A stretch of DNA of 64,000 nt from positions 5,699-69,698 of the forward strand of contig CAYSHP010000006.1 of assembly GCA_964430875.1 (NCBI GenBank), in the 5' to 3' direction. A program made the translations under genes and the position numbers. The DNA is from an uncultured Halanaerobiales bacterium (GTDB lineage: Bacteria > Bacillota > Halanaerobiia > Halanaerobiales > M55B127). Under the pieces are notes generated by a model. That model had not been told where the DNA came from. It made no database searches and saw only the letters and a program-made list of their open reading frames with translations. This document shows positions 31,734 to 42,189 of this stretch, one piece after another (the stretch's first letter is position 1; every line of letters begins with the position of its first letter).

Positions 31734-32972
31734 CTACCTTCTATAAATTGCCTGAACAGGATCTTTTTTAGCGGCCCATCTAGCAGGCAATATACTTGCT
31801 AACATAGAACCGAAAATTGCAAAGAAAAACATATATACAAATGTTCCAATATTCCAACCACCATATATAGTACTAATTATTGGAATACCATATTCAGAAA
31901 TATCCATATTCATTATAGCTCCGAAATCTAGTCCATATATTGACATTAGATATACAGAAATAGCTCCTAAGATTACTCCTAAAGTACCCCCAATTAGTCC
32001 AATCCAGGTCGATTCCAGCACAAAAGAAAATATTATTTCTCTTTCTTTTAAACCTAATGCTTTCATCATTCCTATTTCTTCCATTCTTTCTAAAGCTGAT
32101 AAAATCACAATATTTATTATGCCTATTGCTGCAATTGTTAGTACTATTATCAAAATCAAAGCATTACCAGACTGTTTAGCCTTTGTTATACTGACCTCAT
32201 CAAGGTCTTTCCAGGAATATACACTTAAATTACTGTTAAAATCATTTAATTCACTCTGAAAATTACTAATTATAGAATTGTTGAAATTTTGAGTATTCAA
32301 TCTCATTATATAATGAGTAACTTTATTATCTACATTTAAGGTATCTTGGGCTATATCTAAAGGAACAAATACTATATTTTGATTAATATTGGGATTAGGT
32401 GTATTAATTAAACCGCTTATTTCTGCATCAATGGTGTTAAAGGTATCATTTTCTGTTCTAGTTAATAATGTTATATAATCACCCAATTCTAATTTCATAA
32501 TCTCTGCTAATCTTTTCCCGATTACAGTCTTATTTTCTCCCATTTGAAACATTTCACCTTCAACTATATAATCTTCATAATTTAAGACACTAAATGTTTT
32601 ATCAGGTTCAATTCCTCTCCCCATCACAGGAGTTTCATTTACTCCATCATTTAGTCTTACTTGAAAGTTAAGCTGGGGAGCATGGTCCTGATATCCTTCA
32701 ATTTCTCTCAATTTTTGATTCAACTTTTCATTATTATTAATCATATTTTCTAAAGGTAGTTCTTCCTTTTCAGACCAATAATTAGGGTTAGCAACCTGCA
32801 CATGTCCATATTCATAGTCTATAATATTTTGAAAAACCATATCGTTCATACCAATCAACATAGAATCAAAGGTAATATAAAAGAAGATAGCCCATGCTAT
32901 AATAGCAGCGGTAATTAAGGTCCTTCTTTTATGCCTCCATAAATTTTTTAAAGAAAGTTTAACTAAAAACAT
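31734..32972 (-). CDS. ABC transporter permease, FtsX/MacB/LolC-like
   Basis: Same architecture as its neighbour, ending PARWAAKKDPVQAI. Confidence 0.85.
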   Translation of the reverse strand: MFLVKLSLKNLWRHKRRTLITAAIIAWAIFFYITFDSMLIGMNDMVFQNIIDYEYGHVQVANPNYWSEKEELPLENMINNNEKLNQKLREIEGYQDHAPQLNFQVRLNDGVNETPVMGRGIEPDKTFSVLNYEDYIVEGEMFQMGENKTVIGKRLAEIMKLELGDYITLLTRTENDTFNTIDAEISGLINTPNPNINQNIVFVPLDIAQDTLNVDNKVTHYIMRLNTQNFNNSIISNFQSELNDFNSNLSVYSWKDLDEVSITKAKQSGNALILIIVLTIAAIGIINIVILSALERMEEIGMMKALGLKEREIIFSFVLESTWIGLIGGTLGVILGAISVYLMSIYGLDFGAIMNMDISEYGIPIISTIYGGWNIGTFVYMFFFAIFGSMLASILPARWAAKKDPVQAIYRR

Positions 32973-33666
32973 TCACCTCTTCCCTCCTTTCATCCTTAGT
33001 AATCAGACCATCTTTTAATTCAATCTCTCTTTTAGCATAATCCATTACTAAGGGGTCATGGGTTGAAAACAAAAAGGTGGTATGTAGTTCATCATTCATT
33101 TTTAACATTACTTTTAATACATCTTCACTGGTTTTAGAATCAAGATTGGCTGATGGTTCATCTGCTAATACTAATTTAGGTTCTTTGACTAGAGCTCTAG
33201 CAATAGCGACTCTTTGCTTTTGACCACCCGAAAGTTCGTTAGGCATCCTATCTTCTAAATCAGCTAAACCTACTAAATCTAATATATGCATTACTTTTTC
33301 ATGAATCTCATTTTTAGAAAGATGTTCTAATATTTTTATAGCAAATTCCACATTTTCATAAGCAGTAAGGACTGGTATAAGATTATAACTTTGAAAGACA
33401 AAGCCTATATTTTCCCTTCTAATTGTAGATAATTCTTTTTTGCTAAGATCTGCTATATTATTATCATTAAAGATTATATCTCCTTCTGTTGGTTTATCTA
33501 AACATCCAATCACATTTAATAAAGTCGTTTTACCTGAACCCGAAGGTCCAAATACAGTTGTAAATTCACTCTTTTCAATCTCTAAATTTATGCCTCTTAA
33601 AGCCGGCACGTTGATCTCTCCTTGATGATAAATCTTGGTAATATCCTTTAATTTTAATAAACTCAT
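32959..33666 (-). CDS. ABC transporter ATP-binding protein (MacB/LolD type)
   Basis: GPSGSGKTTLLN, LSGGQKQRVAIARAL, LVLADEP. Start set at MSLLKL (GAGGTGA SD). Confidence 0.88.
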   Translation of the reverse strand: MSLLKLKDITKIYHQGEINVPALRGINLEIEKSEFTTVFGPSGSGKTTLLNVIGCLDKPTEGDIIFNDNNIADLSKKELSTIRRENIGFVFQSYNLIPVLTAYENVEFAIKILEHLSKNEIHEKVMHILDLVGLADLEDRMPNELSGGQKQRVAIARALVKEPKLVLADEPSANLDSKTSEDVLKVMLKMNDELHTTFLFSTHDPLVMDYAKREIELKDGLITKDERREEVNVFS

Positions 33667-33667
33667 T

Positions 33668-34303
33668 TTATTTATCACCTCTCTTGGCTTTAATGCCATT
33701 CTCAATAATCTCTATTAAAACATCAATCACTTCCATTATATCCTCATTTAAACCTTCCTCAGCATAAATAAAATCACTTAAAGAATAATTAATATTTGTT
33801 AAAAATTTAGCAGTAAATTCAGGGTCAATGTCTTCTTTGACATCGCCTCTTTTAATTGCATCTTTTAGTATCTTTTTAAAAAAATGATTACTTTGTGGCT
33901 TTAAATCTTCTTTAATTTTATTACAAACCTCACAGTTACTATTCATTAAATCATTACCAATAGAAACAAGATTAGGGTTTTCTTTTGCAAACTTAATACC
34001 ACCTTCATATAATTTTTTTAAAAACTCAAAAAAATTGAGTTGTGAAGGTTTTTTAAGAACTTTTTGGTCGATATATTTTAATTTTCTTTGACTTATAATT
34101 TCAATTATATATTTGTATAAATCCCCTTTACCTGTAAAATATTGATAAAAGCTACCACTAGCAATATCGGCTTTATTGATAATACTGGTAACACTAGCTT
34201 TATGAAATGTATTTTGGGAAAACTCATCTATAGCTGCTTCAATTATTCTATTTTGTTTTTCTTTATCTAAATTATAAAATGTACTTTTAGGCATTTTAAC
34301 CAC
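33668..34303 (-). CDS. TetR/AcrR-family transcriptional regulator
   Basis: N-terminal HTH (IIEAAIDEFSQNTFHKASVTSIINKADIASGSFYQYF). Confidence 0.85.
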   Translation of the reverse strand: MVKMPKSTFYNLDKEKQNRIIEAAIDEFSQNTFHKASVTSIINKADIASGSFYQYFTGKGDLYKYIIEIISQRKLKYIDQKVLKKPSQLNFFEFLKKLYEGGIKFAKENPNLVSIGNDLMNSNCEVCNKIKEDLKPQSNHFFKKILKDAIKRGDVKEDIDPEFTAKFLTNINYSLSDFIYAEEGLNEDIMEVIDVLIEIIENGIKAKRGDK

Positions 34304-34441
34304 CTCCGCATGAATGTGAATTCATCTTCATGTGACTTTATATTCATTATACACCCAAAAAAATATAAAAGCAAATAAAAAAAACCCTATCCAATAAAAG
34401 ATTATTAAAGCCTTTTTAATTGAATAAGAGTAAAAAATTAT

Positions 34442-35857
34442 TTATTTTTTTACCCAAATAGACCAACCTTTATCTTCTTGAGCTTTCACTTTAAAGTTTC
34501 CAATTCCATTTTCATTAGTTTTTATCTCATCTTTAAAATGACCGGTAATATCATAATAAACAGTATTTTCATTTTTGGCATCAATCTCTTTTTTTATAAC
34601 ATCACCCTTATCTGATAATGTCATTAACATTACTAAACCTGTATCTTCATCTTCACCTTCACGCACATAACAATAGGTCCTTTTATCAGTTGCATCACTT
34701 TCATATCCTTGACCATAAGCATATCTATGTCTGGCGTTAATGATTGGTTTTATACCCTCTGACATCTTTCTAGTGTAAAAGTCTTTCCAATATACAGTGG
34801 GTATACCTTCTTCTCTTAATAAAATATAAGCATAAGCCTGATATTTATAATGTGATATTGATTCTACACCTTTGTCTTGATTATCACGGTCCGTATCATG
34901 AGTATCAATAAAAGTAACCGCTCTATCTTTATATCCCTCTTGGTTTACAAGCCCACTTGATTTAAACTCGTTCATATCTATATTATCATTTTTCATCTTT
35001 ACAAAGCTAGACCTTAAAGGATAATCAAAAACTTTTAATTTATCACTATCAATTTCATTTAGATATTCGATTAATTTTTTTTCATCCTCTATCCAAGCTT
35101 CTCCTCCAAAAAATATATTACGATCATTACTTGTATCAACTTCACTAATGAAATAATTAACGAATTCATTATCAATATGTTTGATAGCATCGAGTCTAAA
35201 CCCATCAAACTTTAAATCATTTATAACCCATTTACCCCATCTGAATACATCTTTTCTAACATTTTCATTATTATAGTCTAAGTCAGCTCCCATTAAAAAA
35301 TCTCCACCATAGGCCCAATCCCAATCTTTGCCTTCAAAAAGATACTTGCCAATCTCATCAGATCTTTCATTCCAATCAACACCATCAAAAGATTTCCAAT
35401 TTAATTTATAATCACTATATTTACCATCACGTCCGGCAAAGTTAAATTTTGTCCAGACTTCAGCTTCACTACCATTTTTAAGTTTTACCGTCTCTGTCTC
35501 ATCTGCTCCAAATCTATGGTTTAAAACAGCATCAAAGTATACCTTAATATCACTATTATGTAAAGATTCAATTGCTGCCATCAGCTCATCTTTTGTCCCA
35601 TATTTAGTACGAACTGTACCTTTTTGCTCAAATTCACCTAAATCCCAAAGATCATATACTCCATAACCTACATCAAAGGTGCCAGCATTGCCTTTAGTAG
35701 CAGGCGGAATCCACACCGAAGTAAAACCACATTCTTTTAACTCTTTAGCTTTTTCATTTAATAATTTCCACAAATCACATTCTTCTGGAAACTTCTCTTT
35801 ATATTCGCCTTCACACATTTCCCAATAAAAAGCCTGCAGCAGAGTTTCATTTTCCAT
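34442..35857 (-). CDS. Cytoplasmic alpha-amylase (GH13)
   Basis: LLQAFYWE, DAVLNHR, GFRLDAIKH, GEAW and FIDTHD conserved GH13 regions. No signal peptide. Confidence 0.88.
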   Translation of the reverse strand: MENETLLQAFYWEMCEGEYKEKFPEECDLWKLLNEKAKELKECGFTSVWIPPATKGNAGTFDVGYGVYDLWDLGEFEQKGTVRTKYGTKDELMAAIESLHNSDIKVYFDAVLNHRFGADETETVKLKNGSEAEVWTKFNFAGRDGKYSDYKLNWKSFDGVDWNERSDEIGKYLFEGKDWDWAYGGDFLMGADLDYNNENVRKDVFRWGKWVINDLKFDGFRLDAIKHIDNEFVNYFISEVDTSNDRNIFFGGEAWIEDEKKLIEYLNEIDSDKLKVFDYPLRSSFVKMKNDNIDMNEFKSSGLVNQEGYKDRAVTFIDTHDTDRDNQDKGVESISHYKYQAYAYILLREEGIPTVYWKDFYTRKMSEGIKPIINARHRYAYGQGYESDATDKRTYCYVREGEDEDTGLVMLMTLSDKGDVIKKEIDAKNENTVYYDITGHFKDEIKTNENGIGNFKVKAQEDKGWSIWVKK

Positions 35858-35872
35858 ATATATCACCTACAA

Positions 35873-37015
35873 TTAAAATAGATTATAGCCCTGAATAGTT
35901 CTTGTTATTTTATCATGAAAATACTTAGACCCAAGCCTTACCAATAAATTTTGTATAAATTTTGGTGAGGACCATAAAATTGTCCGATACAATTTTGCTC
36001 GCTTTAAATTGCTATTTATTTCATGATTAATTCTTCTTTTATATAAATTAGTATTATCAGTACCTTTTTGAAATAACTCATCTATTACTTCACTAACAAT
36101 TAGAGCACTTTTATGAGCATAATAGATCCCTTCTCCTGTTAAAGGATCCACAAAATTAGCGGCGTCTCCGATTAAAAAAGTGTTTTTATAAACCGGTTTT
36201 TCCAGATAATTACCAAAAGGTAAAGGCCACCCTTTAATATTTGACTCTGTTATCTCTAAATTAATAAGTTTTAGATAACTTTGGAATAATTTTTTAAAAT
36301 TACTATTTTTTCTTTTTAATCCCCCTAAACCAACTGTAATATTATCTTGTTTGGGAAATACCCATCCATATCCCCAATTTATAACTCCAAAGTATAAAAT
36401 GGGTTCTTTTAAATCAAAATTAAATTTTTCTCTAGGTACTTCAATTTCAAGTGTAATACTTTGATTGTTTTTTATAAAACTAGATTTTTTCAATTTTCTT
36501 TTAGTTAATAATTTATTGCGTATTTTGCTATTTGCACCATCTGCGGCTATTATATAATTTGCTCTTAACTTTTCTTTTTTATCAGTAATTATGGTATTTT
36601 TTTTGAAATCAATATCATTCACTTTAGTATTTTCTTTTATCTTAATATTTTTCTTTTTTATAGATCTTAAAAGATAATTATCATAAACATTTCTCTTTAC
36701 AAGATGAAATTTGTCCTTCATATTATTATTTGTAATAAGTTTATCCTTAAAGTATATTTTATAGGAATCAGAAATATAATTTATTACTTTATCTTTTTTT
36801 AAATCTTTTACATTAAAATTATAAATATCCGATAATATATTTAATGTTTTTTTAGTTAATAACCCCCCACATAACTTATTTCTCGGAAATTTTTTCTTAT
36901 CAATTATCAAGACCTCATAACCTTTCTTATCTAATAGATAAGCGGCCGTAGTTCCAGCTGGACCTCCCCCTACTATTATCACATCATAATTATATTCTAT
37001 TTTATTATATTTCAT
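35873..37015 (-). CDS. FAD-dependent oxidoreductase, geranylgeranyl reductase family
   Basis: YDVIIVGGGPAGTTAA dinucleotide fold, LCGG, and GDAANFVDPLTGEGI. Confidence 0.75.
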   Translation of the reverse strand: MKYNKIEYNYDVIIVGGGPAGTTAAYLLDKKGYEVLIIDKKKFPRNKLCGGLLTKKTLNILSDIYNFNVKDLKKDKVINYISDSYKIYFKDKLITNNNMKDKFHLVKRNVYDNYLLRSIKKKNIKIKENTKVNDIDFKKNTIITDKKEKLRANYIIAADGANSKIRNKLLTKRKLKKSSFIKNNQSITLEIEVPREKFNFDLKEPILYFGVINWGYGWVFPKQDNITVGLGGLKRKNSNFKKLFQSYLKLINLEITESNIKGWPLPFGNYLEKPVYKNTFLIGDAANFVDPLTGEGIYYAHKSALIVSEVIDELFQKGTDNTNLYKRRINHEINSNLKRAKLYRTILWSSPKFIQNLLVRLGSKYFHDKITRTIQGYNLF

Positions 37016-37173
37016 GAAAATCACCCTATTTAATTATGTGTTTAATATTCCATTTATATTTAAACTTTGAGATTTAATAATGAATTCCTTTTTAATTTAT
37101 CATAAATTTTAATCTAATTAAAATATTTTTATATCTATTAAAAAAAAGACCCCCATTGGGGTCACTATATAAA

Positions 37174-38670
37174 CTAACTATTATGCTTTGCAAAGTCATC
37201 CTTGAGACTATAATATATACTTTTATATCTCTCATAATTGTTTTTGTAGATATCGTGATTATCTCTATGTGGTTTAACAATTTTTTTAATTTTTATAAAC
37301 CTTTTTTCTGCTTTTTCAAAACTAGCAAAAACACCTGTTCCAATACCGGCCAATAAGGCAGCTCCGAAGGCAGGTCCTTCTTCAATATTTATCAAAAATA
37401 TCTCTTTTTGGATAACATCAGCTAAAATTTGACACCATAAACTACTTTTTGCCCCTCCACCTATTACTCTTATTTCATCAATATTAGCCACTTTACTTTT
37501 AATCAGTTCATAAGAATCTCTTAATCCAAAAGTTACACCTTCCATAGTACTCCGCACAATATGCCTTATATCATGTTTGTTTGATAAACCAAAATATACT
37601 CCTCTGGCATTCGAATCAGCATGAGGTGTCCTTTCTCCATTTAGATAAGGTAAAAATATTACTCCTTCACTCCCAGGCGGAGAGCTTTTAGCTAGTTCAT
37701 TTAATTTTTTGATACTATATTTACCATCATACATCTTATCTTTCAACCAATTAAAGGAACCAGCCGCTGAAAGCATAACACCCATCATATAGTATTTATC
37801 TGGATAGGCATGATTGAATAGGTGAATTCTTCCTTTTTTATCGGGAGTAGGTTTATCATTTTGAGCTAAAACAACACCCGAAGTACCTATACTAAACATC
37901 AGTCTACCATCTTTTATTATTCCACTGCCGACTGCCCCACATGCATTATCAGCCCCTCCAGCTACAACTGGTGTACCTTCTTTTAAACCGGTTAATATTT
38001 CAACATCCTTTGTTATATATCCAGCAATATCAGTGGAATTAAGTACTTCTGGTAATATTTCTGGGCTTATATCTAATAATTTCAATAGTTTTTTTGACCA
38101 CACTTTTTTCTTTACATTTAGTAGTAATGTGCCAGCATCATCTGATACTTCACTTTTTATTTGACCGGTTAATTTATATCGAATATAATCTTTTGGCAGC
38201 ATTATATGTCTTATCTTTTTATAATTTTCTGGTTCATTTTTCCTTATCCATAGTAACTTTGGGGCAGTGAAACCTTCTAAGGCAGGATTAGATACAAGTC
38301 CAATTAGATTAGTAAGACCATCAATTTTTTCATAAATTTGCTCACACTGTCTAGTTGTTCTGGTATCATTCCATAAAATAGCTGGTCTTATTACCTTTTT
38401 ATTTTCATCTAACATAACCAAACTATGCATCTGTCCGGATAGGCTAAGCCCTTTTATCTTAGAAGCATCTAAAGAATTTTTTTCTATAATAGTTTTCAAA
38501 GCCTGCTGAGTAGATTGCCACCAATCATTAGGCTCTTGTTCAGACCAACCTTGTTTAGGTGAATATAGTGGATATGAGTTTGTTTCACTAGCAATAATTC
38601 TTCCATCAGAAGATAATATGATAACTTTTACATTGCTTGTTCCAATATCAATACCAATTACATAAGACAT
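37174..38670 (-). CDS. xylB: Xylulokinase
   Basis: FGGY kinase motifs (GIDIGTSNVK, GGGAKS). Immediately downstream of xylA. Start set at MSYVIG. Confidence 0.88.
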   Translation of the reverse strand: MSYVIGIDIGTSNVKVIILSSDGRIIASETNSYPLYSPKQGWSEQEPNDWWQSTQQALKTIIEKNSLDASKIKGLSLSGQMHSLVMLDENKKVIRPAILWNDTRTTRQCEQIYEKIDGLTNLIGLVSNPALEGFTAPKLLWIRKNEPENYKKIRHIMLPKDYIRYKLTGQIKSEVSDDAGTLLLNVKKKVWSKKLLKLLDISPEILPEVLNSTDIAGYITKDVEILTGLKEGTPVVAGGADNACGAVGSGIIKDGRLMFSIGTSGVVLAQNDKPTPDKKGRIHLFNHAYPDKYYMMGVMLSAAGSFNWLKDKMYDGKYSIKKLNELAKSSPPGSEGVIFLPYLNGERTPHADSNARGVYFGLSNKHDIRHIVRSTMEGVTFGLRDSYELIKSKVANIDEIRVIGGGAKSSLWCQILADVIQKEIFLINIEEGPAFGAALLAGIGTGVFASFEKAEKRFIKIKKIVKPHRDNHDIYKNNYERYKSIYYSLKDDFAKHNS

Positions 38671-38692
38671 ATTATATCCTTCCTTCTTAAAT

Positions 38693-40018
38693 TTAATCAC
38701 TTTCAAAAAGATAATGGTTCAAGATGGATTCTAACATTTCTTGTCTACCTGAACTAGTTTTAACTTCTGTTTCCTGTTTTAATATATAATTATTTAAAGT
38801 ATCAAAATCTTCTTTACCGTTTTTAATCTTAAGCCCTATACCCTTATTATAACTTTGATATCTCTTATCAATAAAATCCTCAAAAACCCGCTCTTTTAAC
38901 ATTTTATCGGCAATTTTTAAGCCTTTAGCATAACTATCCATACCCAGGATATGTCCATAAAATAAATCAACTGGATCTTTGGAAGGCCTTCTAACTTTTG
39001 CATCAAAGTTTAAACCACCAGGACTAATACCCCCATTTTTTAATATCTCATACATAGCTAAAATAGTCATATAAATGTTAGATGGATATTGATCAGTATC
39101 CCATCCCAATAAAGAGTCACCTTGATTTATATCAATACTACCCAATAAATTATTAATCCGAGCTAATCTTAATTCGTGCTGAAAGTTATGCCCAGCTAAA
39201 GTTGCATGGTTTGCTTCAATATTAATTTTAAAGTACTTTTCTAAGTTATATTTTCTTAAAAAAGCTATTACATTAGCTACATCAAAGTCATATTGATGTT
39301 TAGTTGGCTCTTTAGGTTTTGGTTCTATTAAAAATTGCCCTTTAAAACCTATTTTTGCAGCATGTTCTACTGCCATTTCAAAAAAACGAGCCATATTATC
39401 CTGTTCTAACTTCATATTTGTATTTAAGAGGGTCTCATATCCTTCTCGTCCACCCCAAAATACATAGTTTTCTCCTCCCAGATATTTTGTTATTTCAATT
39501 GCTTTTTTTACCTGAGCAGCAGCATATGCAAATACATCAGCATCACAAGAAGTAGCAGCTCCATTTGCATAGCGAGGATGACTAAATAAATTAGCAGTCC
39601 CCCATAGAAGTTTTATGTTAGTTTCTTCCATTAAACTTTTAATCTTTTCTACTACCTTGTCTAAGTTATAATTAGTTTCTTTTAAGTTATCACCAGCTGG
39701 AGCAATATCTCTATCGTGAAAACAAAAATAGTTTACACCTAATTTATCCATAAATTCAAATGCTCCATCTGCTTTAATTTGAGCCGCTTCCATAGGATCC
39801 TTAATACCATTCCATGGTTTTTTTAAAGTCCCATTACCAAAAGGGTCGCTCCCATCATGACAAAATGTATGCCAATAAGCAACAGCAAATCTTAAAATGT
39901 CTTTCATCTTTTGGCCTCTTACTTCTTCTTCAGGGTTATAATATTTATATGATAATAGGTTGTTGCTTTTTTTGCCTTCATACTTTATTCTTGGTAATTC
40001 AGGAAATATTTCACCCAT
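38693..40018 (-). CDS. xylA: Xylose isomerase (class II)
   Basis: [25 protein letters not shown] and [12 protein letters not shown] signatures. Confidence 0.93.
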   Translation of the reverse strand: MGEIFPELPRIKYEGKKSNNLLSYKYYNPEEEVRGQKMKDILRFAVAYWHTFCHDGSDPFGNGTLKKPWNGIKDPMEAAQIKADGAFEFMDKLGVNYFCFHDRDIAPAGDNLKETNYNLDKVVEKIKSLMEETNIKLLWGTANLFSHPRYANGAATSCDADVFAYAAAQVKKAIEITKYLGGENYVFWGGREGYETLLNTNMKLEQDNMARFFEMAVEHAAKIGFKGQFLIEPKPKEPTKHQYDFDVANVIAFLRKYNLEKYFKINIEANHATLAGHNFQHELRLARINNLLGSIDINQGDSLLGWDTDQYPSNIYMTILAMYEILKNGGISPGGLNFDAKVRRPSKDPVDLFYGHILGMDSYAKGLKIADKMLKERVFEDFIDKRYQSYNKGIGLKIKNGKEDFDTLNNYILKQETEVKTSSGRQEMLESILNHYLFESD

Positions 40019-40110
40019 AATAATCCTCCTTTACATATTATATTCATTTAAATTTTTACTATTGTATTGTATTTTTTATAATATATTCTGTATAATAGAA
40101 GTGTGGAAAG

Positions 40111-40136
40111 GGGCACTTAGTTTTTACTAAGTGCCC
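40111..40136 (-). terminator. Hairpin between sugar-ABC operon and xylA
   Basis: 11-bp perfect stem GGGCACTTAGT/ACTAAGTGCCC. The U-tract on the minus strand is weak, while the T-run is on the plus strand. Orientation and function uncertain. Confidence 0.4.
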
Positions 40137-40160
40137 TTCTTTTTTATGTTAATTTCCTTT

Positions 40161-41132
40161 TTAGAATACTGAATCTGGGAAATAATAATTTTCTGCATTT
40201 TCTTCAGTTACTAATTCTGCTCTTAGTATTACTTCAGAAGGTAATTCATTTTGGTAAAATCCGTCTAATGTTTCATTTTGCATTGCTTTTACAGCCATAC
40301 TAACACCTGTAGCTATCATTGATGGGGGATATGTTACATCTGCTCTTACAAGTGGGTGGCCTTCCATTACCATTTTAACTATATCTTTGGAACCAGCTCC
40401 ACCTAAGAACAATTTAATGTCATCTCTACCAGACTCTTCATAGGCCTGTAAAACACCCTTTAAGACGTCATCATCTTGAGCCCAAACTGCATCAATTTTG
40501 TCATACTTTTGTAAGTAATTTTCCATTATTTCTAAACCTTTTTGTGTTGACCAGTTAGCAGGTTGTGAATCCATTATAGTAATACCGGGATATTGTTCCA
40601 TTACTTTTTCAAAAGCCTCTACCCTTTGAGTATTAATTACACAGGGAATACCTTCTAATACAACAATATCTCCTTCACCGCTTAATTCTTTAGCCATCCA
40701 TTCGGCACTAACTCTACCTAAACCAGGATTATCTCCAGCTACATAAATATCAGCAACAGGTTCGGTTAAACCCCTATCAACTGATACTACATAGATCCCC
40801 TCTTCTGAGGCTTGTTTTACAATAGGTGTTAAAGGAGCAGAATCATGTGCTAATATTACAAGAGCATCTATTTCTTTGATCATTAAGTCCTCAACAACAC
40901 TCACCTGAGTAGCAGGTGAATCAGCGGTTTCTAAAAAGAATTTAACATTATCAGTCTTTGCCTCCCAATCTTCAATAGCCTGTTGTGCCCAATATACCAC
41001 TCCACCGGTCCAACCATGGTCAGCTGAAGGAATAGTAACACCAATTCTAATTTCATCCTGAGCAAAAGATACAACAGTTAAACTTAATGAAAAGACCAAT
41101 ACTAGAGTTAAAATTAATGCTAATTTTTTCAT
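40161..41132 (-). CDS. Sugar ABC transporter substrate-binding protein (RbsB/periplasmic-binding-protein type I)
   Basis: Signal peptide followed by a PBP-I fold pattern (IGVTIPSADHGW.., VSVDRG). Confidence 0.8.
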   Translation of the reverse strand: MKKLALILTLVLVFSLSLTVVSFAQDEIRIGVTIPSADHGWTGGVVYWAQQAIEDWEAKTDNVKFFLETADSPATQVSVVEDLMIKEIDALVILAHDSAPLTPIVKQASEEGIYVVSVDRGLTEPVADIYVAGDNPGLGRVSAEWMAKELSGEGDIVVLEGIPCVINTQRVEAFEKVMEQYPGITIMDSQPANWSTQKGLEIMENYLQKYDKIDAVWAQDDDVLKGVLQAYEESGRDDIKLFLGGAGSKDIVKMVMEGHPLVRADVTYPPSMIATGVSMAVKAMQNETLDGFYQNELPSEVILRAELVTEENAENYYFPDSVF

Positions 41133-41206
41133 TTTAATCTTTTACCTCCCTTTTTTTATTAAAAAAATATTTTCATTCATACCCCCTTTTTAAAATGATT
41201 ATAAAA

Positions 41207-42187
41207 CTATTCTTTTTTCCTTTGAATTAAGACAGCACCAATAATTACCAGTCCTTTGACAGTACCTTGTAAATAAGGTGAAACTCCCATCATATTAAGC
41301 ATATTATTGACAATACCTAATATGATAGCACCAATTAATGTTCCGACCACAGAACCACTTCCACCAGACATAGCCGTGCCGCCAATTATTACAGCTGCAA
41401 TGGCATCTAATTCATAACCAGTACCAGCCCCCGAGGAACTAATGGAATTCAGACGAGAAGATAATAAAATAGCTGTAATTCCAACATTGATCCCCACTAT
41501 TACATAGGCAAAAAACTTTGTTAATTTAACTTTAATAGCTGAATAGCGAGCAACTTTTTGATTAGAGCCTACTGCACATATGTATCTACCATATTTGGTA
41601 TGATTGAGTACTATACTGTAAAGTATAGTTAATCCAAAAAATATCCAGACCGGAATTGGTAGTTTTAATAAATAACCCATACCTAGTTCCGGGAAGATAG
41701 TGCTGGTGGACCTAAATTCACTTGCATCACTAATATATAAGGTTAGCGATCTAAAAATAGACATAGTACCAAGGGTCACAATGAAGGGAGCAACATTCCA
41801 TTTTGTTATTATTACACCATTTATTGCACCTAAAACTAGTCCAAATAGGATACCAGCTATTATTGCCATGAAAATTGCAAATATACCACCACCAAAATAA
41901 TTAAGTGTCATAATCACAATTCCGCCCACTAATGCTGTCATGGAACCAACTGATAAATCAATTCCAGCCGAAATAATTACAAAAGTCATACCTAAGGCAA
42001 TAATACCGGTATAGGAAACCTGTCTTAATATATTAGTTAAGTTTCTAAACTTTAAAAAATAAGGACTGGCAAAAGAAGAAATAATAAAAAGTACAACCAA
42101 AGCTATTAAAGGGCCATATTTTTCAAAGTTTATTTTTTTTAATAAATCCCAGAAGTTCTTCTTTTCTTTTTCTATTTTATTTTTCAA
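41207..42187 (-). CDS. Sugar ABC transporter permease (RbsC/AraH family)
   Basis: Polytopic membrane protein with the GIDLSVGS motif. Confidence 0.85.
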   Translation of the reverse strand: MKNKIEKEKKNFWDLLKKINFEKYGPLIALVVLFIISSFASPYFLKFRNLTNILRQVSYTGIIALGMTFVIISAGIDLSVGSMTALVGGIVIMTLNYFGGGIFAIFMAIIAGILFGLVLGAINGVIITKWNVAPFIVTLGTMSIFRSLTLYISDASEFRSTSTIFPELGMGYLLKLPIPVWIFFGLTILYSIVLNHTKYGRYICAVGSNQKVARYSAIKVKLTKFFAYVIVGINVGITAILLSSRLNSISSSGAGTGYELDAIAAVIIGGTAMSGGSGSVVGTLIGAIILGIVNNMLNMMGVSPYLQGTVKGLVIIGAVLIQRKKE

Positions 42188-42189
42188 TT

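Noticed and set aside
37092-37356. Small ORFs (62 and 66 aa) at the xylB 3' end and the gap to the reductase gene
   Set aside because: They overlap the xylB C-terminus or lie in AT-rich spacer. They have no SD and no motifs.
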